Origin: a virus
Virus record (IMG/VR): IMGVR_UViG_3300020437_000004
Span: 1-64,000 of that record
DNA length: 64,000 nt
Strand: one strand, 5' to 3'
Shown: positions 8,606 through 16,854 of the stretch, piece after piece
Layout of the letters: the number at the start of each line of letters is the position of its first letter
How positions within the stretch are numbered: the stretch's first letter is position 1
Translations under genes and position numbers: made by a program
Notes under the pieces: generated by a model
What the model was told of the DNA's origin: nothing
Database searches by the model: none
The model's input: only the letters and a program-made list of their open reading frames with translations

Positions 8606-8715
8606 CTCATATGCCTGTAACCACTACCAACATAGATCTGACCTGCTACAACACTAAGAGTTGCAACACCCCAAAAAATGTAATACCATTTAGATTTGAT
8701 TTGATACCTTTTCAT
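8557..8715 (-). CDS. small membrane protein (not in ORF track)
   Basis: MKRYQIKSKWYYIFWGVATLSVVAGQIYVGSGYRHM..., 52 aa, one TM helix. Confidence 0.7.
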   Translation of the reverse strand: MKRYQIKSKWYYIFWGVATLSVVAGQIYVGSGYRHMSRTLEKLTTTLHYRLY

Positions 8716-8717
8716 AA

Positions 8718-9977
8718 TTAAACAATAGATGTGGGTGCAACACCCTTTACAAAAATCTCATCGACTACTCTCTGTAGTCTCTTGACAACTGCATTACCAT
8801 AATTGTTATGGATAGGGACTGTCAAGTAACCAGTTGGTTTTCTATAAAACTGACATGCACCTGCAGGAATACGACCTTCAGCGATCGCTTTAGTGTCATC
8901 CTTATGCATACGAATCACACGACCAATAGTTTGTGCCATTGATACAACATTGAGATTTCTCAATAGAATGCAATGGGTCAGACCGTGGACGTTGATACCC
9001 TCAGATAGAATAGAATAGTGCATAACAACAAATTTCTTGTTGTTATCCTTACCCCACTCAGATAGAGTTGTCATAAACTCTTCTCTGTTTACTTTCTTGT
9101 CATTAATATATGCACCATATTTAGATGTGACATGTAGATAGTCATAACCTCTGAGTCTCAACTGAGACAATAGAGTAGTGTGACCGATCATGTTGCCGAG
9201 GATACGACTAGATGGGACTGCAATCAACACCTTAGATGCTGACTCCTCATCAAGTGTGTCTAGCACATTGATAACTGTCCTTGTTTGTGTCTCATGCATT
9301 GTATCTCTATCCAAATCCATTTCAGTAGTAAATGGGACGATAGTAGGTGACACAATACTACCGTTAGCAATCAATTCTGGTGCAGGGACTGACTCCAATA
9401 CATCACCATAAACAAATTTGTTATTCATACCTCTAGTATGAATGCCTTCATTCTTTCTTGCTGTGCGTGGTGTCGCTGTGAAAAAATAACATTTATCTGC
9501 AACTTTACTTGACTCCATTGCTTTAGGGAAAAACTGACGTGTTACACTATTGTGTGCTTCATCAAAATAGATAGCATCAATAGGAATATCAGACTCCAAT
9601 ACACGATGTAGTGAATGATATGTTGTAAATATAATTGCATTCTCATGTAGAGCACGGCAACCCTCAACAAAATTAGCAATCTCTAGTGCCTTGGTTGTGC
9701 TGTAATAATGTGTCTCACCTGAGTGAGCATGACATACACGACCTTTAACTTGCTCCATGAAATCATCACACAACTGTTGAGCAAGTAAGATACGAGGTGC
9801 TACTACAACAATATGCTTAGGTCTATTGAGATACATGTTAGGTGTCTCTAATAGTTTCTTAGCATGCTGTATCATAATAAATGTCTTACCACCGCCTGTT
9901 GGGACGATGATCTGACCCTTGTCTGCTGTGCTCATAGCATCGAGTGCTCGTTGCTGATGTGGGCGAAGTGTGATCAA
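8718..9977 (-). CDS. SF2 DEAH-box helicase (ResIII-like)
   Basis: LRPHQ Q-motif, PTGGGKT Walker A, DEAH, TATP, LSEGIN, QTIGRVIR; start moved to TTG at 9977 because the promoter and terminator lie in 9999-10055. Confidence 0.85.
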   Translation of the reverse strand: MITLRPHQQRALDAMSTADKGQIIVPTGGGKTFIMIQHAKKLLETPNMYLNRPKHIVVVAPRILLAQQLCDDFMEQVKGRVCHAHSGETHYYSTTKALEIANFVEGCRALHENAIIFTTYHSLHRVLESDIPIDAIYFDEAHNSVTRQFFPKAMESSKVADKCYFFTATPRTARKNEGIHTRGMNNKFVYGDVLESVPAPELIANGSIVSPTIVPFTTEMDLDRDTMHETQTRTVINVLDTLDEESASKVLIAVPSSRILGNMIGHTTLLSQLRLRGYDYLHVTSKYGAYINDKKVNREEFMTTLSEWGKDNNKKFVVMHYSILSEGINVHGLTHCILLRNLNVVSMAQTIGRVIRMHKDDTKAIAEGRIPAGACQFYRKPTGYLTVPIHNNYGNAVVKRLQRVVDEIFVKGVAPTSIV

Positions 9978-9998
9978 TGTATTCGTGTCGTTAGACGT

Positions 9999-10055
9999 AT
10001 TATAACATAAAAATGGGGTGCTGTGCACCCCTAGGTCAGTTATTCGATTGTCACA
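9999..10055 (-). promoter_or_regulatory. early promoter cassette copy 8
   Basis: TATAAT 9999-10004; TAGGTCA-gttattcgat-TGTCACA at 10032-10055. Confidence 0.65.
10009..10031 (-). terminator. Rho-independent terminator overlapping cassette 8
   Basis: GGGGTGC-tgt-GCACCCC stem followed by ATTTTT on minus. Confidence 0.6.
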
Positions 10056-10097
10056 ATGGTGGGACGAAACAAACATAATAAAGAATGTTGTTTCGCC
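10009..10097 (-). ncRNA. candidate ~90-nt small RNA
   Basis: Bounded by a TTGACA-16-TATTAT promoter and a terminator; 5' hairpin GGCGAAACAACAU/AUGUUUGUUUCGUC at 10063-10097. Confidence 0.35.
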
Positions 10098-10103
10098 TTT
10101 AAT

Positions 10104-10131
10104 ATAATAGCATATAATTATCTCTTGTCAA
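10104..10131 (-). promoter_or_regulatory. sigma70-type promoter
   Basis: TTGACA (10126-10131), 16-nt spacer, TATTAT (10104-10109). Confidence 0.55.
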
Positions 10132-10444
10132 CCTCTGGTAACATATCATTTCCAGGATGATCATCTATCTTTCCTTTATATGATTTACCATATTGTTTAA
10201 TTGCTTCTACTTCAACATTACCCCACTCATTTGGATATACACAAATACAACACTTATTCATAGGTTGTCGTGACCCTTCGGGATTAGGTTTAGTGGATAC
10301 ACAAATAGTGATGTAGTCATCACTAACAAATTCGATAGTGCCTTCTAGACCATCATACTTTGCTTTGCGTCCAACTTCTAGGTGTTTCATAATGTTTCGT
10401 AATTCAACCCTATCTGCATTACTTATGATAAGTGGGATAGTCAT
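10118..10444 (-). CDS. conserved cyanophage hypothetical protein
   Basis: 108-aa ORF; GTIEFVSDDYITICV motif. Confidence 0.7.
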   Translation of the reverse strand: MTIPLIISNADRVELRNIMKHLEVGRKAKYDGLEGTIEFVSDDYITICVSTKPNPEGSRQPMNKCCICVYPNEWGNVEVEAIKQYGKSYKGKIDDHPGNDMLPEVDKR

Positions 10445-10613
10445 GTTTCAAGTGTAACTTTTCAATAATCTGAGAGATAGTATCACGGTCAACAGTTGAA
10501 ACACCATTGTATTCTCTCCACATCTTAGACTGGTAGAGGAATAAACACTTTCTAACGAGATTCTTCTCGTGATCAGTTAGTATGGCATCTTTTGCAAACA
10601 CGTTGATCTCCAT
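10419..10613 (-). CDS. hypothetical protein
   Basis: 64-aa ORF. Confidence 0.65.
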   Translation of the reverse strand: MEINVFAKDAILTDHEKNLVRKCLFLYQSKMWREYNGVSTVDRDTISQIIEKLHLKHDYPTYHK

Positions 10614-10645
10614 CGTTATTTGTATTTATTATAACGATACCATTT

Positions 10646-11362
10646 TTACTTTGTCCAATATAACAGCGTTTGCTCATACATCAACTCTTTAACCTTTTTA
10701 GGATTGAGTCCTGCTACTCCTAGATCATCCTCTGTGTATGGGTGCTTAAGTTTACTAGCAACATCTAACAATTCATTGCGTTGCTCAATACCCATAAACT
10801 TGAATGCCATCATATATCTATTCCACAAGAAATATGGTGTGGGTGTGCGTCCTGAGTGTGGGATTCTACCATCGAAAATGACCACTCTGCCAGGTTTTGG
10901 CACTACTGCGTGGACGATATCTAACTCGTGATCATAGAATATAGTTTCTCCACCATAGTTAGGTATCCAAAACTGATTCATATAGACAATCATAGTGCAT
11001 TGATTATCACACCAGTATGGTGCATCACAATGGATTCTGGGTGCATCACCATGTTTCAACACATTCATATATGCTGAGTATAATGTCTCCCGTGGGGGCA
11101 CGGGCACATGTGAGCAATTTTCGAGTCTGTCTAACACCCATTGATATAGATGATGTCCTGAGCATTGATCAAAAGGTTTGCTTCCATGATGATCTACACT
11201 ATAGAAATCATGTGTATAGTATGTCCCTCTAAGATCTACTTTCTCAAGATTAGTTTGTGGCAAATCTTGTCTGCCATGATAATAAGGTAACTCTATTGCT
11301 TGCCGACAAATATCATCGTCAAGTATGTCAGTATCATATATTTTAATTAGAGGGTGCTTCAT
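10646..11362 (-). CDS. Fe(II)/2OG oxygenase, prolyl-4-hydroxylase-like
   Basis: IHCDAP (HxD), YGGETIFYD, VPKPGRVVIFDGRIPH. Confidence 0.9.
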   Translation of the reverse strand: MKHPLIKIYDTDILDDDICRQAIELPYYHGRQDLPQTNLEKVDLRGTYYTHDFYSVDHHGSKPFDQCSGHHLYQWVLDRLENCSHVPVPPRETLYSAYMNVLKHGDAPRIHCDAPYWCDNQCTMIVYMNQFWIPNYGGETIFYDHELDIVHAVVPKPGRVVIFDGRIPHSGRTPTPYFLWNRYMMAFKFMGIEQRNELLDVASKLKHPYTEDDLGVAGLNPKKVKELMYEQTLLYWTK

Positions 11363-12069
11363 TCAATAAATCCAATGGTGTTGTTAAACTCATCATATCC
11401 TCTGTCAATGTTAGTCATTTGATATGCTGTGATATTCATAGTCATCACATATCTATTGCTATCACTATTGTTTCTGCCTGTCCTATGCTTCAACCAACCA
11501 GGAAAATATAATACATCATTTGTCTTTACTGGAATTTGGATCCAATGATCCTGTCTAGGTAATTCATAACCATCGTCAACAGGTTCTGCATACTTAAATG
11601 TATGCAAAGGATTGAGAATTTCTAGGTTACCACTACCTTCTGGCACATCTAAGTATGCACAAACTCCCACCTGCACATTGTGATGATGATGCTCTAACGT
11701 TGTTGCCTTGGGTGGATGTCTATTAATCCAACTCTCTGACATATTACGATAGACACCTTTAAGTGACCACATATCCCATATCCTATCTACAACACTAGGG
11801 ATGTGGTTGTTAGTCAAGTCATCAAAACATTGCCATCCGTGTGGTGGGTCATGTCGGCATCTACCAACTGACGATACTCCACCCTCTTCTAGTGCTGAGT
11901 TTAGATAGTTAGACTCTGGACTCTCGATAAAGTCTAGAAATATATCTGTCTCCTTTTTAATATCCTTCCATATATCTGAGAGATTATACTGTGATCTAAA
12001 GATAAAAGGATAAGGATTAACTGATTCTAAACCATCGCCAATCGACTGGTCTGGTAATGCTGTGAGCAT
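11359..12069 (-). CDS. Fe(II)/2OG oxygenase (TIGR02466-like)
   Basis: WINRHP...EHHH, AYLDVPEGSGNL, LYFPGWLKH, RYVMTMN; true start may be slightly downstream. Confidence 0.85.
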   Translation of the reverse strand: MLTALPDQSIGDGLESVNPYPFIFRSQYNLSDIWKDIKKETDIFLDFIESPESNYLNSALEEGGVSSVGRCRHDPPHGWQCFDDLTNNHIPSVVDRIWDMWSLKGVYRNMSESWINRHPPKATTLEHHHHNVQVGVCAYLDVPEGSGNLEILNPLHTFKYAEPVDDGYELPRQDHWIQIPVKTNDVLYFPGWLKHRTGRNNSDSNRYVMTMNITAYQMTNIDRGYDEFNNTIGFIE

Positions 12070-12739
12070 GATATAAAGAATAATGATGTACTGGAATACT
12101 CAAGGATATTCTCTCTTCTGACGGTTGTGCTTGATGATAACATCTTGGTGGGATGTATAGGGCATCACCTGCATTTAGCACAACATCTATAGCAGGTGTG
12201 AAACTATCATAGTCTATCATAGCATCGCCAGGATCTCCCTGTGCGACAAACGTTGCCCTTCTTTCATTATATACTTTCCAATGTGTCTTGCCTTTTAATT
12301 GCACGATGAAATTATTAGGCAAGTCCTCATGTATATAGAAACTATTTGACTTGCCTTTACCACAATATATTTGAAACTGACTATCACCTGAGAATATTTG
12401 TGACCACTCACCTACCATCTTCATGACCTTCTCACTTCTGTAAGAATAGTTGTTAATGATAAATGTATGTCCCTCTCTGAATAGTTGAAACAACTCGCTC
12501 TTTTCTTCCCATGCATGTGGTGACCATGAGCGTGGATGTTTATGTGGGTTTATCTTTCTTATCTCATGTTTACTTACAACATCGATATCGAAAAATTGTG
12601 GCATATTAAGGCAATATTCGACATCTTTCCATGAGCATATGTCATTGCACTCTTTCTCATCGATGACTTGCTCATAATAATATGGCACATCGAGATCCCA
12701 GTTTCTATCAAATAGTTTAAGGGGAAGTAAGAATGTCAT
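12017..12739 (-). CDS. JmjC/cupin-4 oxygenase (RoxA/YcfD-like)
   Basis: FYIHEDL, FIVQLKGKTHWKVY, LNAGDALYIPPRCYHQA, RISLS. Confidence 0.85.
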   Translation of the reverse strand: MTFLLPLKLFDRNWDLDVPYYYEQVIDEKECNDICSWKDVEYCLNMPQFFDIDVVSKHEIRKINPHKHPRSWSPHAWEEKSELFQLFREGHTFIINNYSYRSEKVMKMVGEWSQIFSGDSQFQIYCGKGKSNSFYIHEDLPNNFIVQLKGKTHWKVYNERRATFVAQGDPGDAMIDYDSFTPAIDVVLNAGDALYIPPRCYHQAQPSEERISLSIPVHHYSLYHAHSITRPVDWRWFRIS

Positions 12740-13391
12740 CAGGCATCCCTCGGAAATTAAAATTCAACACGATTCTATACTGATTGATCTTAGGATTAGA
12801 TGATGCATGAAATCTATTACCATCAAACAATACAAACTTATTCTTCTCTGGTTTGACTCTCTCTGCTATCGTGTAATCCTGTGTGAATATCTCATTGATA
12901 CGTCTATTGACATCACCATTTGGGTCATCACATTGATCGAATAGAATAGTATCTCCATCACTATCGTGGAAATAATATATACCAGTCATATGCTTACTGT
13001 CATGATCTGTGTGTGGTGTGTTGAAATCCTCCACAAAATGATTATGATGTAGCATTGCTAACCTGAGTCTAAACAACTCAAATGTCCCACGTCCTAACCT
13101 GTCCTGTATATGATCTACAATAGGAATAAAGAGATCATAATATTGTGAGACTGGTTGTCCATCATGAAACAACACATGTGTCCATCCAACACTTGTGCGT
13201 TTAGGTTCTGACTTTAGATCAACATCATCAGTATTGAGATTAATATTACCAAATTGATAATTATAACCACTACCAAATGTTACGTCATGTGGTAGAAAAT
13301 ACCAAGGGAAACCCCTTGATGTCATTGTATCAGTCAGTCGATTCAGATAGGTTGTCGTTAATAGATTCGATAGACTTCTGGATACTACCAT
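12717..13391 (-). CDS. Fe(II)/2OG oxygenase
   Basis: NTPHTDH, YYFHDSDGDTILF, FDGNRFHAS, RIVLNFN. Confidence 0.85.
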   Translation of the reverse strand: MVVSRSLSNLLTTTYLNRLTDTMTSRGFPWYFLPHDVTFGSGYNYQFGNINLNTDDVDLKSEPKRTSVGWTHVLFHDGQPVSQYYDLFIPIVDHIQDRLGRGTFELFRLRLAMLHHNHFVEDFNTPHTDHDSKHMTGIYYFHDSDGDTILFDQCDDPNGDVNRRINEIFTQDYTIAERVKPEKNKFVLFDGNRFHASSNPKINQYRIVLNFNFRGMPDDILTSP

Positions 13392-14010
13392 AATTAATAT
13401 GCTGTGAGTATAGTGTCACGTTAAATGAGTAAGAGATTCTTTCCTCACTACTTTTGTTTGCTGCTACTTGATGTAGCATGTCTGCAGGGAAAATAATCAA
13501 CTGATCGACCTCAGGTTTGTATGATGCAATCTCATAGTTGAGTGGATTCAAACCATGTTGATAGTTATGTCCTACACCCCATGATTTAAACTTATGCAAC
13601 TCATCAAAAGGACGCATAAACGTGATGTCACCTGACTTCTCGGGCACTTTTGAGTAATATACTCCACCAAAGATTGCACCAGGATGTGAATGCACATGAT
13701 TGAGATCACCAGGCCCATTTATGTTTAACCAACCATTTGTTATCAACATAGCGTAATCTCTAAAACCTAGATCTTGGCACGCTACATCAACAACCTCATA
13801 GATTTGCTCTGAGAGATATTTCAATGGTGGTATGGTATGCATTCTTTCACTACCCCAGTCATTTGACTGGAAACCACCTTCGTTAGATGCTTTTCTACCT
13901 GACATCGCTCCACGATGCACCGTAGCAAATTCGTTAAAATGATCAGTATCTAATCCACAATTTTCCTTGTGCCAAATGCCACGAGGAAACCAATAATCAC
14001 ATTTAATCAT
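13330..14010 (-). CDS. Fe(II)/2OG oxygenase (TIGR02466-like)
   Basis: WLNING...VHSHPG, GVYY, IIFPADMLHQV, RISYSFN. Confidence 0.9.
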   Translation of the reverse strand: MIKCDYWFPRGIWHKENCGLDTDHFNEFATVHRGAMSGRKASNEGGFQSNDWGSERMHTIPPLKYLSEQIYEVVDVACQDLGFRDYAMLITNGWLNINGPGDLNHVHSHPGAIFGGVYYSKVPEKSGDITFMRPFDELHKFKSWGVGHNYQHGLNPLNYEIASYKPEVDQLIIFPADMLHQVAANKSSEERISYSFNVTLYSQHINYGSIQKSIESINDNLSESTD

Positions 14011-14379
14011 TTAGTCCTCAAAGGTAAATTCCTTGTCAGTAATGTTAGGGTCAACATGCATTTTAAAGAGATAGAGTGCCTCTACCGCTCCTTGCAGTTT
14101 ATTAAGTTTATCTTTCTTCTCTTGTAGTCCTTCAAGAGATACACGAGTAACAGTAGATGAGTAAGACATATTGTCTAGTGCTTCGCTCATTTTCTGATAC
14201 TCTTCAGTTGCTTCCTTATGCTGATCGCAAAAGTCTTGCACTAGCTGGTCAAAGGTGAGTTTAACAGGATTACCATCCTCATCACACATAATGCCACGCT
14301 CTTCTTCACGAGAGACACCTGCCAACTCGTCAATTTTAATTTCTTCTGTAGTTTGACTACTGAGATTGTTTGCTTCCAT
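14011..14379 (-). CDS. hypothetical coiled-coil protein
   Basis: 122-aa ORF with a heptad-rich C-terminal half. Confidence 0.7.
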   Translation of the reverse strand: MEANNLSSQTTEEIKIDELAGVSREEERGIMCDEDGNPVKLTFDQLVQDFCDQHKEATEEYQKMSEALDNMSYSSTVTRVSLEGLQEKKDKLNKLQGAVEALYLFKMHVDPNITDKEFTFED

Positions 14380-15245
14380 TAATCGAACCTCTCTAGGTTT
14401 TTATTTAGTGAGTTAATCTTCATGTGATCTTTAATACGGTCATTTAATTTGGTATTCTCAATAAACGATTTAGTTTTGAGATAATCCATCATTCTTTCCG
14501 CTTTGTAATCCTCATCGTTTGCAGTTTCGATGATGACATTAAACTCTTTTGTGTCTAACCACTTGCGTGGGATGGGAATCCATTGACACAATGGTGTCCC
14601 TGCTTCAACAATGTGGTCTCCCTCCATTGCATGCCAAAACAGTTGCACATTGATCTCATATGAGTATGACGGATCTACGATCCCTGTTGGTGCACTAAAT
14701 CGTTTGTCATCACTATATGATACTGGGATCTGCAAAATCACAATATCAGGGTGTGCCATGACCCTCCAAGGGGTCTCTAGTTTAACTACCTGCCCTAAGG
14801 TAGGTTGTGCTTTATTAACTAGATCACGCATACCATCAGTCTGTCTCTCAATGTGAGACGTGACATACTTACCACCAACAAACAACTGACGTGTCACCCA
14901 TTGAAATGTGCCTTTCTCTGGGTCTGGTCTAATTGCAAAGTCGGCAGGTGCAGGCAAAATCCATCCACTATCCATGATCGCAGTGATAGCAGGGCATGTG
15001 GCTGCATGCTCCTTGATACCATTGTCTTTCATTTTTAGGTTGTCGAATGTCTCTTTTAGTGCCAATACAGGGCAATCACTCTTGTTTTGGTATTGCTCTT
15101 TTAATGTATTGATTCGCCATTGACGTTTCAACTTTTGTGATGGGTATAGTGGGAAAAATTCGGCAACTCCTGCATCCATTGAATAAAATCTTATCCAAGG
15201 TTTCTGGAATTTACCCTTGATCTTCTTCCACATCGTCCTGACCAT
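14379..15245 (-). CDS. hypothetical protein with dUTPase-like fold
   Basis: TGIVDPSYSYEINV and HIVEAGTPLCQWIP resemble dUTPase motifs III and IV; motifs I and II not seen. Confidence 0.55.
   Translation of the reverse strand: MVRTMWKKIKGKFQKPWIRFYSMDAGVAEFFPLYPSQKLKRQWRINTLKEQYQNKSDCPVLALKETFDNLKMKDNGIKEHAATCPAITAIMDSGWILPAPADFAIRPDPEKGTFQWVTRQLFVGGKYVTSHIERQTDGMRDLVNKAQPTLGQVVKLETPWRVMAHPDIVILQIPVSYSDDKRFSAPTGIVDPSYSYEINVQLFWHAMEGDHIVEAGTPLCQWIPIPRKWLDTKEFNVIIETANDEDYKAERMMDYLKTKSFIENTKLNDRIKDHMKINSLNKNLERFD
14402..14408 (-). promoter_or_regulatory. T4-type late promoter (CTAAATA)
   Basis: TAAATA core 23 nt upstream of the 14379 start. Confidence 0.5.
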
Positions 15246-16854
15246 AAATGTATCCTCTTAGATACTCATACTGAGTTGGTAATTGTTTTACTGAATTATA
15301 TATTGCTTCACGATCACGTTGCCAATCTTTGTGCACTTGCTCCACCTCACCCTTTCTGAGTGGGTATATATGATGTGCTTCAGCAACACTATGCTCGTTG
15401 ATAGGACGGAATCCCATACCAGCTGCAATATATACGAGACCATCAAATTTATCTGCTGACCAGAAATTCTTTCTCAGACCTTCATACAGTTGAAAATATT
15501 CCCTTCGTGATTCTAGCATAGAATGCCATCCAAGGCAATCATTCATATACTGTGTCAGGTCATGATTACTGAATAGTGCAGTATTTTGAGTAGCATCCCT
15601 CCAATACTTCGTGTCTTCACGTTGTGACAACACATAATGCATGCCAATAAAGTATTTCATAGACTCAATGGCATGATCGACAGTATAGTTATAACTGTCA
15701 ATATCAATCTTAGTTACGTTACCACGACGTTTGAGTGAGTCCACCAGATACAACAGATTCTCATGTGTAGTCATCAGACCAGTAGATTCTAGTGGCTCCA
15801 AGAAACCATATGCTAGTCCAATACCTACAACATTCTTGACCCACGCTTTCTCACGTTTGCCATGTCTGATACTAATCAGGCGATAGTCAGCATTGTCGGC
15901 AACTTTGGGCGAATATCGTTTTGCCAGATAACTTACAAACTCTTCGTGTGCAATGTCAGGGTCAATATATTTTTTACTGAATACATATCCTGCTCCTACT
16001 CTATTCCATAGTGGAATGTTATAACACCATCCATTAGACATTGCTACACAATCTGTGTAATTGTCCATCTGATTTTTACGATCCGTATATTCAACCCTAG
16101 CAGTCATTGCCATGTCGTTGAATAACACATCATTAAATGAGATAAACTTAGATCCCATCATACCTTCTAGGATCAGAGATTTAAAACCTGTGCAGTCAAT
16201 GTATAGGTCTGCTTCAATCATCAGACCTTCATCCCATCCCTCTGTGATATTTACTGACGTGATATGTCCTGTTGCATCTTTACTACAACTACCTACGATA
16301 CCCTCATATACTTTGACCTTCTTAAACTTTTTGCGTAGAAACTCACCAAACTTCTCACTATCCATATGGTATGCAGTATCCTGCTCCATATTCCAGTTAC
16401 GCATTTCTTCTGAAATATATTGTGGTGAGAGTTTATTCTGCTCTGATAGAATAGTATTTGGATTAAAGAAACGTGCAAACTCTTCGGGTGGATACAAGTG
16501 TGGATACTTTACTTGCAACTCAAAGAATGTCATATAATCACTACGATAATCGTTGTGATCTATGCGTCCAAATGGATATTGAAACCTCTCTCCGTTATTC
16601 TCTCTAAAGTTTTTAAATGCAATCGATGACTTGTAAGTAGCATTGCAATATGGCATCCACTCCTTGTCTTTGATGCCAAGAAATCTAAAAAACCTATTAA
16701 TATGTCCGAGTGTAGATTCTCCTACTCCAATAATATCTCTGCCTTTAGGTTGGATCAGGGTTACCTCAGCATTTGGGAATGCTTTCTGCATAGTTGCAGC
16801 TGCCATCCATCCAGATGACCCACCACCCACAATACAAAATGACTTATACTGCAT
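15211..16854 (-). CDS. flavin-dependent halogenase (tryptophan halogenase family)
   Basis: GGGSSGW FAD loop, ATYK catalytic Lys, WCYNIP, FLEPLESTG. Confidence 0.9.
   Translation of the reverse strand: MQYKSFCIVGGGSSGWMAAATMQKAFPNAEVTLIQPKGRDIIGVGESTLGHINRFFRFLGIKDKEWMPYCNATYKSSIAFKNFRENNGERFQYPFGRIDHNDYRSDYMTFFELQVKYPHLYPPEEFARFFNPNTILSEQNKLSPQYISEEMRNWNMEQDTAYHMDSEKFGEFLRKKFKKVKVYEGIVGSCSKDATGHITSVNITEGWDEGLMIEADLYIDCTGFKSLILEGMMGSKFISFNDVLFNDMAMTARVEYTDRKNQMDNYTDCVAMSNGWCYNIPLWNRVGAGYVFSKKYIDPDIAHEEFVSYLAKRYSPKVADNADYRLISIRHGKREKAWVKNVVGIGLAYGFLEPLESTGLMTTHENLLYLVDSLKRRGNVTKIDIDSYNYTVDHAIESMKYFIGMHYVLSQREDTKYWRDATQNTALFSNHDLTQYMNDCLGWHSMLESRREYFQLYEGLRKNFWSADKFDGLVYIAAGMGFRPINEHSVAEAHHIYPLRKGEVEQVHKDWQRDREAIYNSVKQLPTQYEYLRGYIYGQDDVEEDQG

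Noticed and set aside
629-10055. Palindromic repeats as a CRISPR array
   Set aside because: Spacing is irregular (0.5-2.4 kb), the intervals contain full genes, and no cas genes are present.
9978-10076. 33-aa N-terminal extension of the helicase in the ORF track
   Set aside because: It spans a promoter cassette and a terminator, has no SD, and its AUG is buried in a hairpin; the helicase Q-motif begins right after TTG 9977.
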